From the NCBI GenBank assembly GCA_034780895.1, contig JAUZTB010000068.1, forward strand, positions 31,375,581-31,439,580: a stretch of 64,000 nucleotides of DNA, given 5' to 3'. Position numbers and translations under genes: made by a program. Numbering within the stretch: the first letter of the stretch is position 1; the number at the start of each line of letters is the position of its first letter. Shown here piece by piece: positions 49,540-63,960 of this stretch. The stretch is from Rhynchobatus australiae. Its lineage: Eukaryota. The notes under the pieces were generated by a model, which searched no databases, was not told the origin of the DNA, and was given only the letters and a program-made list of their open reading frames with translations.

Positions 49540-51250
49540 AGTTTTTCCTCATGTGGGCATGGGCTCCTTCATTTGCTGAGAAGTTGCAAATGAAATTAAA
49601 GATTGTGCAGTCATCAGCAAATATTCGACTTCAGACCTTGCGATGAAAGAATGAAGGAAGGTAGTTGAAGATGGTCCTAGGACTGTGCCCTGAGGAACTC
49701 CTTGTGATGTCTGGACTGGAATGGTTGACCTTAAGCTACCACTACCATCTTCACACAAGATTTTTCTGCAACCATTATTCCCTGTCGGCTTTGATTTTAC
49801 CAAGGCTCCTTGATGCTACGCTTGGTCAAGTGTTAGCTTGATGTTGAGGGCAGTTGCTCTCACCTGACCTCTGGAATTCAGGTCTTTGGTCCATGTCAGG
49901 CACAGTTGAGCATGTTATTGGAGATTAAGTGTTGCTTGATAGCATTGTTGATGACGGCTCGGTTAGCGTGACTGTATTACATCGCCAGCGACCCAGGTTC
50001 AATTCTGGCCGCTGTCTGTTAGGAATTTGTACATTCTCCCTGTGACTGCTTGGGTTTTCTCCGGGTGCTCTGGTTTCCTCCCACATTCCAAAGACACACG
50101 GGTTAGGAAGTTGTGGGCATGCTATGTTGGCGCCGGAAGCGTGGTGACACTTGCGGGCTGCCTCAGAACACACTACGCAAAAGATGCATTTCGCTGTGTG
50201 TTTTGATGAACATGTGACTAATAAAGAGATCTTATCTTCCATTATTTTCATTTGAGAACAAAGTAGATGGTTATTAGCCAGATTTGAATTTCCCCTACAT
50301 TTTGTAAACGGGCAATTTCGACATTGTTAGATAGATGCCTGTGTTGTAATTGTACTAGAAATGTTTGACCATGTGTGTGATTAGTTGTAGAATGCAGATT
50401 TTCCGTATAGCAGTTGAGGTATTGTCTTTGTTGTATTTTGTGTTACCTATTTCTTTACAACATGGAGTGAATTGAATTGGTTGAAGACTGGCTTCTTAAT
50501 GGTGTGGGTCTCAGGAGGGAGCCAATTTAACATTGCTCATTGAAAATGATAGCAAATGCTTAGGTCCTGTATCTTTAACGTGGACAGGACATCGCCATCA
50601 TTGTAAGATGGGATTTTCTTGGTGTTCCCTCCTGCTATTGGCTGTTTAGTTGTCCATGATCATTTTTGTCCAGATATAGCAGGACCAAAGAGATTTGATC
50701 TGGCTTATTTGTTGTGGGATCATTTTGCTGCTTGGTATACAGTAGTCCAGTGTTGCAACTTATGATTTTTGCACACTTAAGTATGCTTTGTAGTGCTCTG
50801 GTATACTGTTCTGCAGTCTTCATTGAATCAAGATCGATCCCCTAGCTTGACTGCAATTGTAGAATGAAGGATAACCCAGGCCATGAGACTAGACAGGGTA
50901 ATTGTGAATATTTTTGCTGTTGCTAATGGTACATAGAACCTTACGAATATCCATTTTAAGCCACCTTTTCTGTTCACAAATTATCCCATTTAACAAATTA
51001 GATGTGCTGCCGAACATGATTGAGGGTGTTCTCAGCATGAAGGTGGGACTTCCTCTATGAGGGCTATGCAGTAGTCATTTCTACCATTGTTTACATGGGT
51101 AGATGTGCCATAGGTCGATTCGTGATGGTGGAGTCAAAAATGTTTATCCCTTTTGGATCACTATCTGGAGCAGATTCAGATTTTGCCTACCTTGATAAGT
51201 GTTGGTGATGCCCACCCAGGGTACACTCTGTGCCTCTACTTTCTGATATA
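49540..51250 (-). mobile_element. Decayed CR1/L2-group LINE with a nested SINE
   Basis: SQGVPQGTVLGP in ORF 49549..49803; similar to 31660..32880. Confidence 0.7.
49956..50239 (+). mobile_element. tRNA-derived V-SINE/HE1-like SINE
   Basis: cggttagcgtgactgtattac...caggttcaattctggccgctgtctg...gactaataaagagatcttatctt. Confidence 0.88.
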
Positions 51251-51279
51251 TCATTCAATGTGGAGACACACTGATTCAT

Positions 51280-52465
51280 CAGAGTATTGGTTTATTATTG
51301 TCACTTGTACCGAGGTACAGTGGAAAAACTTGTCTTGCATGCCATTTGTACAGTTCAATTCATTACACAGTGCAGATACATTGAGTTAGTACAGAGTGCA
51401 TTGAGGTAGTACAGGGTAAAAACAATAACAGAATACAGANNNNNNNNNNNNNNNNNNNNNNNNNNNNNNNNNNNNNNNNNNNNNNNNNNNNNNNNNNNNN
51501 NNNNNNNNNNNNNNNNNNNNNNNNNNNNNNNNNNNNNNNNNNNNNNNNNNNNNNNNNNNNNNNNNNNNNNNNNNNNNNNNNNNNNNNNNNNNNNNNNNNN
51601 NNNNNNNNNNNNNNNNNNNNNNNNNNNNNNNNNNNNNNNNNNNNNNNNNNNNNNNNNNNNNNNNNNNNNNNNNNNNNNNNNNNNNNNNNNNNNNNNNNNN
51701 NNNNNNNNNNNNNNNNNNNNNNNNNNNNNNNNNNNNNNNNNNNNNNNNNNNNNNNNNNNNNNNNNNNNNNNNNNNNNNNNNNNNNNNNNNNNNNNNNNNN
51801 NNNNNNNNNNNNNNNNNNNNNNNNNNNNNNNNNNNNNNNNNNNNNNNNNNNNNNNNNNNNNNNNNNNNNNNNNNNNNNNNNNNNNNNNNNNNNNNNNNNN
51901 NNNNNNNNNNNNNNNNNNNNNNNNNNNNNNNNNNNNNNNNNNNNNNNNNNNNNNNNNNNNNNNNNNNNNNNNNNNNNNNNNNNNNNNNNNNNNNNNNNNN
52001 NNNNNNNNNNNNNNNNNNNNNNNNNNNATCGTTATTTGAGATACAGCCTACTACGGTGGTATCATCTGCAAACTTGTAGATGGAGTTAGAGCAGAATCTG
52101 GCCACTTAGTCACAAGTATACAGAGAATAGAGGACTGAGGACACAGCCTTGTGGGGCACCGGTGTTGATAATAAGTGTGCTGGAGGTGTTGCTGCCTATC
52201 CTCACTGAATGTCGTCTGTTGGTCAAGGATCCATTTAAGGAAGGAGATATTAAGTCCCAAGTCTTGGAGTTTGGTGATGAGTTTGCTTGGAATTATAGTA
52301 TTGAAGGTGGAACTGTAGTCAATAAACAGTAGTCTAACGTAGGTGTCTTTACTGTCCAGATGCTGTAGAGCTGAGTGTAGGGCCAGGAAGATGGCGTCCA
52401 CTGTAGACCTGTTACGGCAGTAGGCGAATTGCAGTGGGTCAATGTTGTCTGGGAGGCTGGAATTA
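51280..52465 (-). mobile_element. Rex1/Babar-like LINE spanning a gap
   Basis: [40 protein letters not shown] and [19 protein letters not shown]. Confidence 0.85.
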
Positions 52466-53084
52466 AATGGGAGGAGTGTGGGAGGAGAAGGTTTTCTTGC
52501 TCATTTTGGCCTGATGCCATTGGACTTCATAAACTCCATGAAAGTTAATGTTGAGATCTCCCCAGGCAACTTGCTGCCTATAAACCACTGTTTTCTCACA
52601 CCTTGTGGATCTGTTTTGCTAGAGGGATAGGATATACCCAGAATTTGTGATGGAGTGGGCACATTATGTTCGTCCTACTTCAAATATGTTTGGTAGCCTG
52701 TGGAAAGTTTCTCCCAATTTAGACATCAATCTTCAGATGTTTGTGTGGAGGACTTTGCAAGGTTGACTTGGTTAGGAGTGTTTTTGCTGTCTGCATCCTT
52801 GCCTAGCTCACCGCCTTCCAGATTTTTTCCCCTGCTTTAACAAAGTGGTTATGTTGCAACTGAGTAGCTTGCAGTGCTATTTTAGAAGTAAGTTAACAAT
52901 CAATTTCATTACTATGGCCTTGGTCAAAAGCTAACTGTTTCTAATTTTTCTTTTGTTTGCTTGATGTGTTTTTTTTCATGCCCCTGAAGTATTAGGATAC
53001 CTGGGCTATAGGAGTTAGTGTTTTAAACTTCTGCAACTTTTATTGATCTTCCTCCCTCCTATCAGCACTGTAATACAACATGCA

Positions 53085-53740
53085 TTAAATGGTAGGAATA
53101 TACAGTAAATGGTAGAAAGTGTTGAGGATTGGATGAAGCCTGGACTACATATCCACTCAGCAGTAAAGGGAACAAGACAGCCAGATAAGGTGGTTAAGGA
53201 AACATATGGGATGTTTTATTAGTCAAGGCATTGAATTTAAAAGCAATGAGGTTATCCTGCAATTTTACAAAACATGTAGGGTGACAGCTAGTGTAGTCTA
53301 CTGTTCTGGTTACCACAGGAAGGATGTGATTGCATTAGAGAAAGTACAGATTTGCGAGGATATTGGTGGCACTGGAGAACTTCAGCAAGAGGCTGGGTTA
53401 CTTTCTTTAGAAACAGAGGCTTAGAGACCTTTAAAATTTTAAAACTTGACAGGTCCAAATAGAGTTGCAGGGAGGACCAATATGTATGGGAGGTCCATAA
53501 TGAGGGGCCATGGTTTTGAAGTGACATGTAGAAAGTTTGCATGGAATTTTTTTTGTATGCAGAGGATCTTGAGGTTCCGGAACTTGCTGCATAAAAGAGT
53601 GGTGGAGGCGGAAGTCCTTCTTGCATTGGACATGCATTTAAAATGCTTAAAACTGCAAGCCTATGCACTAAGTTGGAAATTTAGATTAGCCTGGATAGCA
53701 TTTTTGGGCTGGCACTAATGTAATGTGTTGAATGATTGCC
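53085..53740 (+). mobile_element. CR1 LINE 3' fragment
   Basis: FISQGIEFKSNEVILQFYKT...YHRKDVIALEKVQ. Confidence 0.75.
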
Positions 53741-54555
53741 TTTGGTACCTTGCCTTAAATTTCGCAATTCTTTATTTATTACTCCCTTGTAGGAAAATAT
53801 GTGGTCCTACTTGCTGTATTACTTCTCTGTTTACCCATTCTGTAAGCCATGATTCATCACGTCGACTATGATTTTTTCCCAGGTCCTTAAAATTCTGAGA
53901 TTTCTTGCTCCTGTCAATTTGCTGTTCTATAGTTTGGGGCTACCGAACCACAAATTGATTTGTCCTGTCTACTGCTTTACTGGTTTCTTACATTGTTAGC
54001 TTTGGCTATTTCTCTGAACAGAGAAAGTATTCTGACAACATTGCTTATGGGTATGTTTGTCTAAGGTTGGAGAAATTTAGGGTTTCCCTCCATATATTCT
54101 TGAATAAAGTATGAAGTACTTTGAGATGATTTAATGTTGTTATAAAGTACATTGTAAATGTATATATTTTGTTCTTGGTTTATGGTGTGTAAATTTTCAT
54201 GCTGCACTTCAGAGCTATATAAACAAGTATAGGTAATGCAGTAAATAGACTGGAACTTTATACTATGCCTTGCACTGAGAGCTGATGGGATGCTTGTGAA
54301 TGCACTGATTTTATGGGACTGGCGTAAGTGAAGTGGAATTGAAGGGAAGCCAAATCATTTTTAAAAAAGTATTCTCTACCTTTTGTATGTTCAAGTGCTG
54401 GGATTGCAATGGCAGAAATCTGAGCAGATTGCCTGAGCAGATCTGAGTCGCTAGGTTGATTATTTTAATATGTTAATATTGCATATTTAAACAGGTTTTA
54501 AACCACTGAAGCAATGGCTTCACCTAAAATAAATTTTGTGTCTTTTGTTTTCCAG

Positions 54556-54700
54556 GTCGGCCATATAGGGGCAAACCCAGTGACATGTGGGCACTAGGTG
54601 TGGTGCTCTTCACAATGCTTTATGGGCAGTTCCCATTTTATGACAGCATACCTCAGGAGCTTTTCAGGAAAATCAAAGCAGCAGAATACACCATCCCTGA
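54556..54700 (+). CDS. STK40: STK40 coding exon 7 (GRPYRGKPSDMWALGVVLFTMLYGQFPFYDSIPQELFRKIKAAEYTIP-E)
   Basis: Acceptor ttttccag, donor TGA|gtaagt; 145 nt; alphaF DMWALG motif. Confidence 0.97.
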
Positions 54701-55489
54701 GTAAGTTTGTGTTTCTTTTGCAGGTTCATCCTTCTCTTCAAACCTGTCTTGAGACACCTAATATTTATTGTGTTCTTATGTGATTGTTCTTAAATTTTAG
54801 CCCTTGTGACACCTTGGATATCAATTAATAGAGGAAAGGTTGGAAATTGTGTAAAGATCTTGCACTGGATTTCTGTAAATTTTTCAAGGCATTCAAATGT
54901 TGGCTTTGTATAGGAATGACTAATATAATCAGTTTATTTTATTGAAACTTAAGCAGTAATAGTAAACTCAAAATAAGGGCGACAACTATAACTATTGTGT
55001 CCTTCTAAATACCGGTAACAAACTTGCTTTCTCATAGAAACTTCACTATGGTACACCATTGTAAAAGCCCTTGAGGTTCATTGTGGCATTTAACTTGAGT
55101 GATTTAAGAACTCTGTCACCTCTACTTTTCTGTAGGAGTTCCTTCCATTACTTAATCACCTGGTATTCCTAATATCAATTTTCCCTCTTGGTTTAAATCT
55201 GCAGTTTGATGTGCTTTGTTAAAGTACCTTTCCAGATTTGAATTTTCATACTGTTAACTGTCTTGGCTATCCCTATAATACCATATCTCCTGATACTTCT
55301 TCCAAAACTGAAGAGAAAATAGTTTTCCTCTAAGGCCTTGTGCAGGCTTGTGCTTCTCCCTGCCCCAAGCAACAACTTATATTTATAGTTTTTAATGTAG
55401 TAAAATGTTCTTGGGTGCTCACAGGTGTGCTCTCAAAGCTTGATAGCCAGAAAAGACGAAAGGAAAATCTTCCACTGTCTGATTTTTGG

Positions 55490-55860
55490 CTTTTTTATTG
55501 TCACATGTACTGAGATACAGTGAAAAGCTTTTGTTTGCGTACCATCCAGACTGATCATTCCATATGTAAGTACATTGAGGTAGTACAAAAGGAAAATGCA
55601 ATGCAAAATACACTGTTTATAGTTACAGAGTGCAGTGCAGGCAGATGGAAATGCAAGGGGTATGATGAGGTAGATTGAGAGATCAAGAGTTCATCTTTAG
55701 TGTACAAGAGGTCTGTTCAAGAGTCTTGTAACAAGATAGAAGCTGTCCTTAAGCCTGGCCATACGTGCTCTAAGCTTTACTAGCTTCTGCCTGATGGGAG
55801 GGGGAGAAGAAAGAATGGCAGGGTTGCAAGCTGTCCTTGATTTGGCTGCTTTCCCAAGGC
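55490..55860 (-). mobile_element. Rex1/Babar-like LINE 3' tail
   Basis: tttattgtcacatgtactgagatacagtgaaaagc tail; ARMARLKDSFY. Confidence 0.7.
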
Positions 55861-57244
55861 AGTGGGAAGTGTAGATGGATTGCTGATTGTCTGTACCCTG
55901 AACTATGCTGTTTCTTCCAGTGTCGTCCCATTGCAGCTTTCCATTGGGAGGCTGGCTCCCAGTACATTGAGACAATATGCTTGCTTTCACTGGCAAGAAC
56001 AGTACCGCCAGCAGTGATGTACCAGAGCCCCATTTTTCCGAAGGTCAAGCCTGCCATTTAAATATGTTTGCAAATCTTTTTAACTCGGGACCAATCAAAA
56101 TTTTTAATATTTTTAAAAGCACATGCACACAACAGACACAAACATTTAAACTAAATTATTACCTTGCTCATGACAGCTGATTTCTTCCATTGATTTCAAT
56201 GGAACTGCTGTTTTTTTGCCATGTTACCCTGTCAAGGGTTCAGTGTGTGGATTTCCCTCTCTATGGGTTGGGAGTTCTGTGGAAGTTTGCACTGTCTAAT
56301 TATGCTCTGTGAGGAGTCTGAACCGCAGGATAGAAGTTCCATGGCCAGCACTCTTCTCGGACTGCAACCTCTGCACTGCTATTGCAGACTTCTGGGTACA
56401 TCTGCCCACAGATCTACCGTGGATATCAGTGGATGATCTGCCCTATTAGGACAGATGTCCAAAACCTTGCTCAAATTGCCGGGGTTTTAGGAGTGTCTTT
56501 AAAATGGAAAGAAAATGAGAGAGGTTTGGGGAAAGAATTTCAGAACCTGGAGCCTTGGCAGCCAAAAGTTCTGTTCCTGCCAGTTGCTAAGGAGAGGGAT
56601 AGAGTCAGTGGCTAGGAAAAGTAGTTTGTGGTGAGAACTGAAAACAATGGAGCTTTTTATTCTTTCCTGTATTTGGTGTGGGAAATTTTAGTTGAGAGAT
56701 CTCTTCCCTGTATTCAGTAGCAGGAAATTTCTGCTCATCCAGTACTTGCAGTCAGACGAGTTATATTACATTTCAGAAATAGTTGGGGGGGGGCATGGGG
56801 AGGTGTGAGGAGGTGTGAATTTTGAAGGAGGTGGTGCTGAGACTCAACTCAGTATCAAGGGTTTACACTTGGAATGTGCTGTTGTGCTTTTGGAAGATAT
56901 TAGGAGGCAGTGCGTGGATGATGCATCCAAGGAGCTCAAAGGTAAAATCTCTCAGGTTATGAGTGGTAATTTTGAAGCCATTGCTCACAATTCTCTCTCC
57001 AAATTGATAGAGGAGAATGCAATAAATAGATAAGGCTCTCCCTAGCTGAATGGAAAGGGAGAGTAACCACAGATTATCAGTCACAATCATACAGGATCTC
57101 ATTTTTCAGTTTCAGTATTCAGATAGGGGTTGAAGCCTGATTGGACTGATCTAAACAGAGTACCAGGAGAGTTGGGCACGCTTGGGAATGTCAGCATGCT
57201 GAAGGATTTTGGAGAGGAGATGGTTTCTCATATTTAATATTTCC

Positions 57245-57545
57245 ATATGACTGTGAAGGAGGCCATTTGGCCCATTGAGTCTATCCCAGCTATCAAAGCA
57301 ATCCCACCATTATAATTCCTTCACTTATTTCCCTGTAGCCTACTCTCTCTCTGTTCCCACTATTCTCCTGCCACCAACCTAGATTAGGGGTAATTTATAG
57401 TGGCCAGTTTACCTACAAAGCACCGTGTGTTTAGAACGTGGGACAAAAGCAGAACACCTGAGGGAAACCTGCATGGTCAGAGGGAGAATCTGCAAATTCC
57501 ACACTGACGGTACTGGAGGCCAGAATTGAACTCTGGTCATTGGTG
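57245..57545 (-). mobile_element. V-SINE-like SINE with a CR1-type tail
   Basis: ggaggccatttggcccattgagtcta...gaacacctgagggaaacctgcatggtcagagggagaatctgcaaattccacac. Confidence 0.75.
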
Positions 57546-59589
57546 GTTCCTTGAGAGAGTCGAGAGAATTTTTTTCTCTGGTGTGCTGATGTGTATGGGA
57601 GAGTGGTAGTACCAGAGGACAGAGAACCATAAGTAGTATCACTAACTTGGGAGACGTGAAGAGAAGTTGTGTGTTCACCAGTTTGATGGCCATGGTGTTA
57701 AGGGAGCAGGCAATTGATCTTATTGCAAGGACATGGAGGGGAGATTGAAATAAGGAAAAATTGGAGAAGGTTCAGAGCTCAAGCTAGTGGTGAACATTAA
57801 CATTTTACCATTCAATTCAGGAAATGGCTTAATGAGTGGACTCTATCTCAAAAAAGTTTGAGCTTAAGAATGAGTGTGGAGAAGCTCAGGGAGGATTTTA
57901 AGACTTCAAGCCATAGCATACAATTCTAAGGATATATTTATGGATAATTCCTGGCATAGTTGTTTCAGCAGATGGGAGCAGAACCAATGGTGTTCTAGCC
58001 TGATGAGGTGGTAAGTGAATAAAACTGTTTGCCACAACATTCCAAGTCTATGTACCATGGACTGGAAAGCCTAGATTGGCTGTATCAGGGCACAAGAGTG
58101 AGTTATTTTTTCCATGGGCATCAAACTCAGAGGTGAGGGTTTGGTTGAGCAGATTGTTAACTGCTGAAATGTTGTGACGTGTCCAGGATTATTGACTAGA
58201 ACTGGGTGTGGTATTTGAGAGGCAGTCTGATCATACTCTGTGATTTGAGTATGAGATCTGCATTTTTTCATTGGACTATTACTCAGTATCACATTTACAG
58301 AGGTTCCTTGGTCTCATGTGATTCAGTCTATTGCCATTTCACTCATTGTGGCTTGTCCAGCATGTATTGTTCGTTCAGTTATGAACTACTTTGCATTGAT
58401 CAACTATTGACTCGGCATCATTTGCAAGAACAGAGCCTTTCTCTTCCCTTTTGATGGTTTGCTTTTATCAAACATACTCATGGTCCTTTACAAATCAGCA
58501 TTTCACTTAATTAGAATATTTAATGTGGAGATTTTTGCTGAACTTGACAGTTTGAGGGAGCAGAAATGGGCAAAGTTGCTGAATTATCTGAAAATTGGGT
58601 TGCTGACTGTAGCTGTCTTGGTGAATTGGTGGCTCACATGGGCTGGGCTCTCCAGCAGCCTTTGTCAGCTTTCTGTTTATGATTCAGTATTTAAACCAAC
58701 AGAAATGATGACAAATACAAAGCTGTTCAGATTTAAAATCTACTTCCATTACTAAAGGTAAAAATGCCGATCTTTCTCTATTGGAAATGTCATTTGGGAG
58801 TGATTGGCTACCATACTTTATTTATTTAGTAGGATAATAAATGATTTACTCTGGAGACACTGGATACTCGCCTTATATTAAAACTTATCTGGCTGTCCCC
58901 ACAGAATTCCCAGTTTCCAATTCCCGATGATGACCTAAGCCAGCAGTGGCATTCTTTTGCCCTTGCATTGCCAGCTGAAGCTTCCCTAATCTGCTTCTGT
59001 GGGTGATCTTCTGCAGGCTTGCCAGCTCCCATGCTGAGAAACCTGCCATCTGAGTATATGCAAGTGCAGTTGTCTCCATGAATTGGCTGCTATGATGAAG
59101 GCAAATAGTTTTTATCATTTAATTTGTAGTTCCAGTGTTTTAAATTGTACAGTGGTATGTTTTTACTATTTGGAAACATTTTTCAACGTTTTTAAAATTT
59201 TTCCCAGTGTTACTTAATGTTTGAATTTCAAAGATATTCACACATACTCAATGGCCCTTGTCACACTGAAAGCCTTGATAGCTGGTAAGTCTGGACTATG
59301 AAGGCTTGTCGGCTGTCAGTCGTTTTGTCAGCCCACTGGGCTGCCTGTACTGAGACATCCACCTTACCGCAGTCAGCTATGCTGAACTGCTGGTAACTGG
59401 CTCCCAGCAGAAGACTTCTTTGTGGCTATGCTGCAAAAATGTGGTACAGGGCAGGCAATCAGGGCAAAGGAGGACCTGCCCCAACACCTTGGATCCCAGC
59501 AGCATGAGAACAAATGAACAGCAGAGTTGACATGATACCAATTAGTCTTTGAAGAGGATCAAAGTTAAAGCACTTGAAATTGCGACTTA

Positions 59590-60560
59590 ACCGAGCATTG
59601 GTCAATAGATTAGAATGAAAGTGGGAATAAATGGGTCCTTCTTGGACTGTCACCCTACGACTGGTGCGATACTGTCAGGATCGGTAGTATGACCTCGGAT
59701 TATTCATAATTTGGCTAATGGGACCATTTATAGTAATGCTTTTAAATTTGCTGCTGATACAAAACTGGGTGGGAATGAGAGTAGCATTGAGGATGTCAAG
59801 GAGAAAAAGATAAACTGAGTGGACAAGGACATGGCAAATGGAGTACATCTGGAAAAATGTGATGTTATTCTTCAGCACAAATGAAAACGTTGAGTAACTT
59901 TTAAATGGTAAAAAATTGGGAAAAGTTGATGTCCAAAAGGACCTAGATGTTCTAGCATATAGTCACTGAAAGCATACAGGCAGGTGCCACAAGCAATTAA
60001 GGCAGGCAAGTGATATGTTGGACTTTATTGCAAGAGGATTTGAGTAAAGCTGTAAAGATATCTTCCTGGAATTATATGGGGTCTTACTGATCATAGCTTG
60101 AGTATTGTGTGCAGTTTGCCACAGAGGGAGTTCAACAAAGACTGACCAGACTGGTTTCTGGGATGGGAGGTCTGTCGTATGAGGAGAGATTGAGTAGGCT
60201 AAACCTCCATTTTCTAGAGTTTAGAAGAATGAGAGGTGACCTCCTTGAAACATACAAAATCCTTACACAGCCTTTAGAGTAGATGGTTGGATAATGTTTT
60301 CCTAGCTATGGAGTTTACAGTCTCAAGAGATTGCCTATTTAGAACTGAGGGGGTGAGGAGAAAAGTCTTTCTGAGAAGGTAGTGAATCTTTGTATTTCTC
60401 TATTCAGAGCTCCGGTGGCCCAATCATTGATTATATTCATAATAGTGATAGTAGAATTTTGGATATTGGGGAAATTGAAGAATTTGGGGGTGGGGCAGGA
60501 AATTGTTGATTGAGGCATCAGGTCAGCCATGAATGTGTTGGATGGCTGAGTAGACCCAAG
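59590..60560 (+). mobile_element. CR1 LINE, RT to 3' end
   Basis: aaatttgctgctgatacaaaactgggtgg, gagtattgtgtgcagttt, gagtttagaagaatgagaggtgacctc. Confidence 0.8.
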
Positions 60561-61930
60561 AACTGTTTATGCTGCATTGTGTCATAGTTTGCATGGAAGG
60601 AGTTACCACCTGGGCTGTTTCACTTACTGAACAGGTTTCCAGCATAGAGTGGCACAAGGAAAGGCAAATTTGCATTTGCGCAATAGGTAATATACCTGGG
60701 GCATTCTATTTGTTACTTGCAGTTCATTACTTTTGAAATGTATTCATTTAATTTGTAGACAACATGAGAACCATTCTGTGTGCAACAATTTCCTTAACAT
60801 TCAGAGACTATTTGGTTCGTTCAGGCTTTCTTATATGTTTACTGGGACCTCATCTGTGTTCCCTTCTTTTGCCCTCCCATTACCAGAACCATGCAGTCTC
60901 TGGGGGTGGAGAAAATAAAGGCACATTTGAGAATGAAAAGTTCTAGAAGTTACAGGGATTCATCTAGTATCTTCCATGGATTTCAGCTAACTTCCAGAGT
61001 AGGGCTCTTGATTTTTAATCTGAGAGCAATAAGACTTTGTTGAGAAGAATGCAGAACTTGTAAGATGGAGAATATTTTTGTTAAATTGTTAGTGGATTCT
61101 GTCCTGTCCTTTTTAGTGAGAATGAGAGACACACATTAATATTAAGCAAGATGTGATGATGATAACTGAGTGTGACCCTTTCAGGGTGATGTAGTCTTTT
61201 CACAAACAAGGTCATTCTCTTGGGTAGCAGAACTTGTTAAGAAAAATCAATGCATGGAGAAAGGACAGATGAGCATGTTAATTGCACTCTGATGTTTTGA
61301 AGGAGAATTTAATGCTGTGATACTTTTAAGAGAATTTTCGAGTTGACCAAGTTCTGAATGGGAATTCAAAGCCCAATAATTTTCCTTTGCATTAACTTTT
61401 CCTTTCAAGAAATAACAACTGTGTTTGCACGATATTCACCATTTGTTTTGCAGCCCAAATTTTGGGAGTCTGGGTCACTCATAGTCCATTATTTGATCAA
61501 AAGAGCCAAGTTCTTGGTGGGAAATGAACAGTCTATTGTTGATCATTGACTTGTTTCCTTTTTTCAGTCTTGTTCATTTTGCAAATATTGCTTTGCAAAG
61601 AAACATCTTTCAGTGTTGGAGAATTAGTTTCCATTAACAATGTAACATTGAGCTTTCCAGTGTTTGTTTTTGAGTCTTATTACTGCTCAAATCTGTAGGA
61701 TTAGTTTTGTTTGGGGAGGTGGATTTTGTGTGAGCATTACTCACTGGTTTCTAGTTGCTTGTCTTATGCCGAAGGTATTGGGTGTGCTTCTTTATGACTC
61801 ATGGGTTTGCTTTGTATCAAATGGATTTAAGATTTTTATTGTGCAGCTGGTATAATGTTGTGGGTTCAGTGCATTTTCGTTTTGTAAAGGTGCCATATTA
61901 ATTATTTTATTTCTTGTCTCTCTCTGACAG

Positions 61931-62050
61931 AGACTGCCGTGTTTCGGAAAACACAGTTTGTTTGATTCAGAAGTTGCTGCTTCTGGACCCACAGCAAAGG
62001 CTGACAGCAACTGAAGTGCTGGATTCATTGAGCTCCATCATAGCTACGTG
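61931..62050 (+). CDS. STK40: STK40 coding exon 8 (EDCRVSENTVCLIQKLLLLDPQQRLTATEVLDSLSSIIAT-W); CDS continues past the window
   Basis: Acceptor ctctgacag, donor GTG|gtaagt; 120 nt; end of the kinase C-lobe. Confidence 0.96.
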
Positions 62051-62869
62051 GTAAGTTTGCTATGCAATCAAGTTTAGGTTCATGTTGCCTACCACCCTAA
62101 AGTCCTATCAACAGAGCTTCAGATTTCTTATTTACTACTTATGTTGTCACCACAGATTTTTATCTTTTAGATGGGGGTCCATTTGAGAACATCTCTTGCT
62201 ATAAAAGTGACTGACACTGTGCTTGTATACAATTAGTAAGGGGTGTATCATGTCAATAAAGGAATATTTGGCTCCACTATTTTCCTCTACTGTTATATAA
62301 ATCCACGTAGTTCATTTACCTTTTGGAACTATGAATTCTGTAAATTTTATACAAGCCTTTTACACTGAGACACTCAAATATAACCCCATACAAATTTTAA
62401 TGCTAGGAAATGAGTGAGTCTAAGAGTTTAACAATACTTTTCATAAAACTTATGGCACCAGAAACCAAATATTGCTTTGCAAACCTACATGGCCAAAAAT
62501 TGAACAATTCCAGTTACTCCTATTTAGCAGCTCTCTGGCCGTAGACCAGTAGGTTAAGGTTCTGCAGGTGTTGTTCCAGGCATCTTCCAAAACGTGTTGC
62601 TCCACCACCAGCCTCTGTCATTTCTTTTCACGCTTTGAGTTCCAGACCCCAGGTACTTGGTGTGATTTTTTTTTCTCTTTTTAAATTAACTTCTGTCTAA
62701 TCCCTCTATCAGTTTGCTTCAGTATAAGCCCCTGGTTATCGACCTGCCAGAGAAAATGGATTGTCAACATTCACCCAATCCATTCCTCTTGTAATTTAAA
62801 GGAAATGGAAGACATTTGTTTTTAAGAGAGAGCAACCCAGGTCATCTCAGTCTCCCTCGTACATAGGGG

Positions 62870-63960
62870 TAACATGACAATAGATTGAGAATTGGTTATT
62901 AGACAGAAAGCAAAAAGTGGGAATAAACTGATCCTTCTCAGGTTGGTAGGCTGTGACTAGTGGGGCACCGCAGATACCTCTGCTTGGGACCCAGCTAGTC
63001 ATAATCTATATCAATGACATAGAATAGGCTGTGGCCTAACTGGTGTTTTACAGAGTTCTAGCAGGACCTCCCTTCCATTAATTCTAATAAAGACAAGTAT
63101 GCTGCCTTAACTTTTCTGCCTATGCCACTACCATCGAGCATTCTAAGATCATCTGTTCTTTATGCGTCTTAGTACCCTGCATTCATCATGTACACCCTGG
63201 TCTTGTTTTCCCTCCTCAGAGTAATTACCTCATCATTTTAGTGCCCATCCAATTATTTATTGGTATCTTTCAGCAGCCTAGAGCTCTCTTCCTCAATAAC
63301 AGCTACACTGATTGTAGTATTATTAGCAAACTGTGCATTTAAGTCCTTAGTCCATAACCTGAATAATAAGGGACCTCATATTGAACTTCATAGAAATCCA
63401 CAGCGCAGGGGTCCCCAGTCTTAAAACCCAGAGACTGAAACCTTCTGCTTTCTTCCACTGAACCATTTTTTAATCCATCTTGGCTCCCATGGGCTTTAAA
63501 CTTCCATGATCAAGTTGGACTTTGTCAAATATCTTGTTGAAATCCAATTAAATCACATCAAATATGCAATCCTGATTATCTTCCTCATTAAACTCTGGGG
63601 AAATAGCAGTCAGTCAAACGATCTCACCTTAGCAAATGCATGCTGACTAGCCTTAATGTGCTTGCTGCATTATCACTTGCGTGCTTCTCAGAATTTATTT
63701 CCAATAATTTGTTCACCATTAATTCTGGGCTGACTGCCGTGCAGTTACTTGGTCTATCCCCTTCTCTTTTATAAACAACAGTACACATTAGTTGTCTTCC
63801 CTCAGCATTGTGCCCAGAGATGAAGAAGTTTGGAAAAATTATTAATCGGGTTGAGTTGTTTCCTCCCTTATAAGAGTCTGTCTGTATCCTCTCTTAAAAG
63901 TACTCAATATTTTTGTTTATCACTTCCATTAGATCACATTCTTCCTCAGTATGAATCCTG
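62870..63960. mobile_element. CR1 fragments: + strand 62870-63020, then - strand 63020-63960
   Basis: gattgagaattggtt...ctatatatcaatga-like RT on +; tgtggcctaactggtgttttacag and ggactttgtcaaat on -. Confidence 0.6.

Noticed and set aside
46601-52105. ORFs of 261 aa (46601..47386) and 239 aa (51386..52105)
   Set aside because: Lengths are inflated by N runs; the real parts are CR1 and Rex1/Babar fragments.
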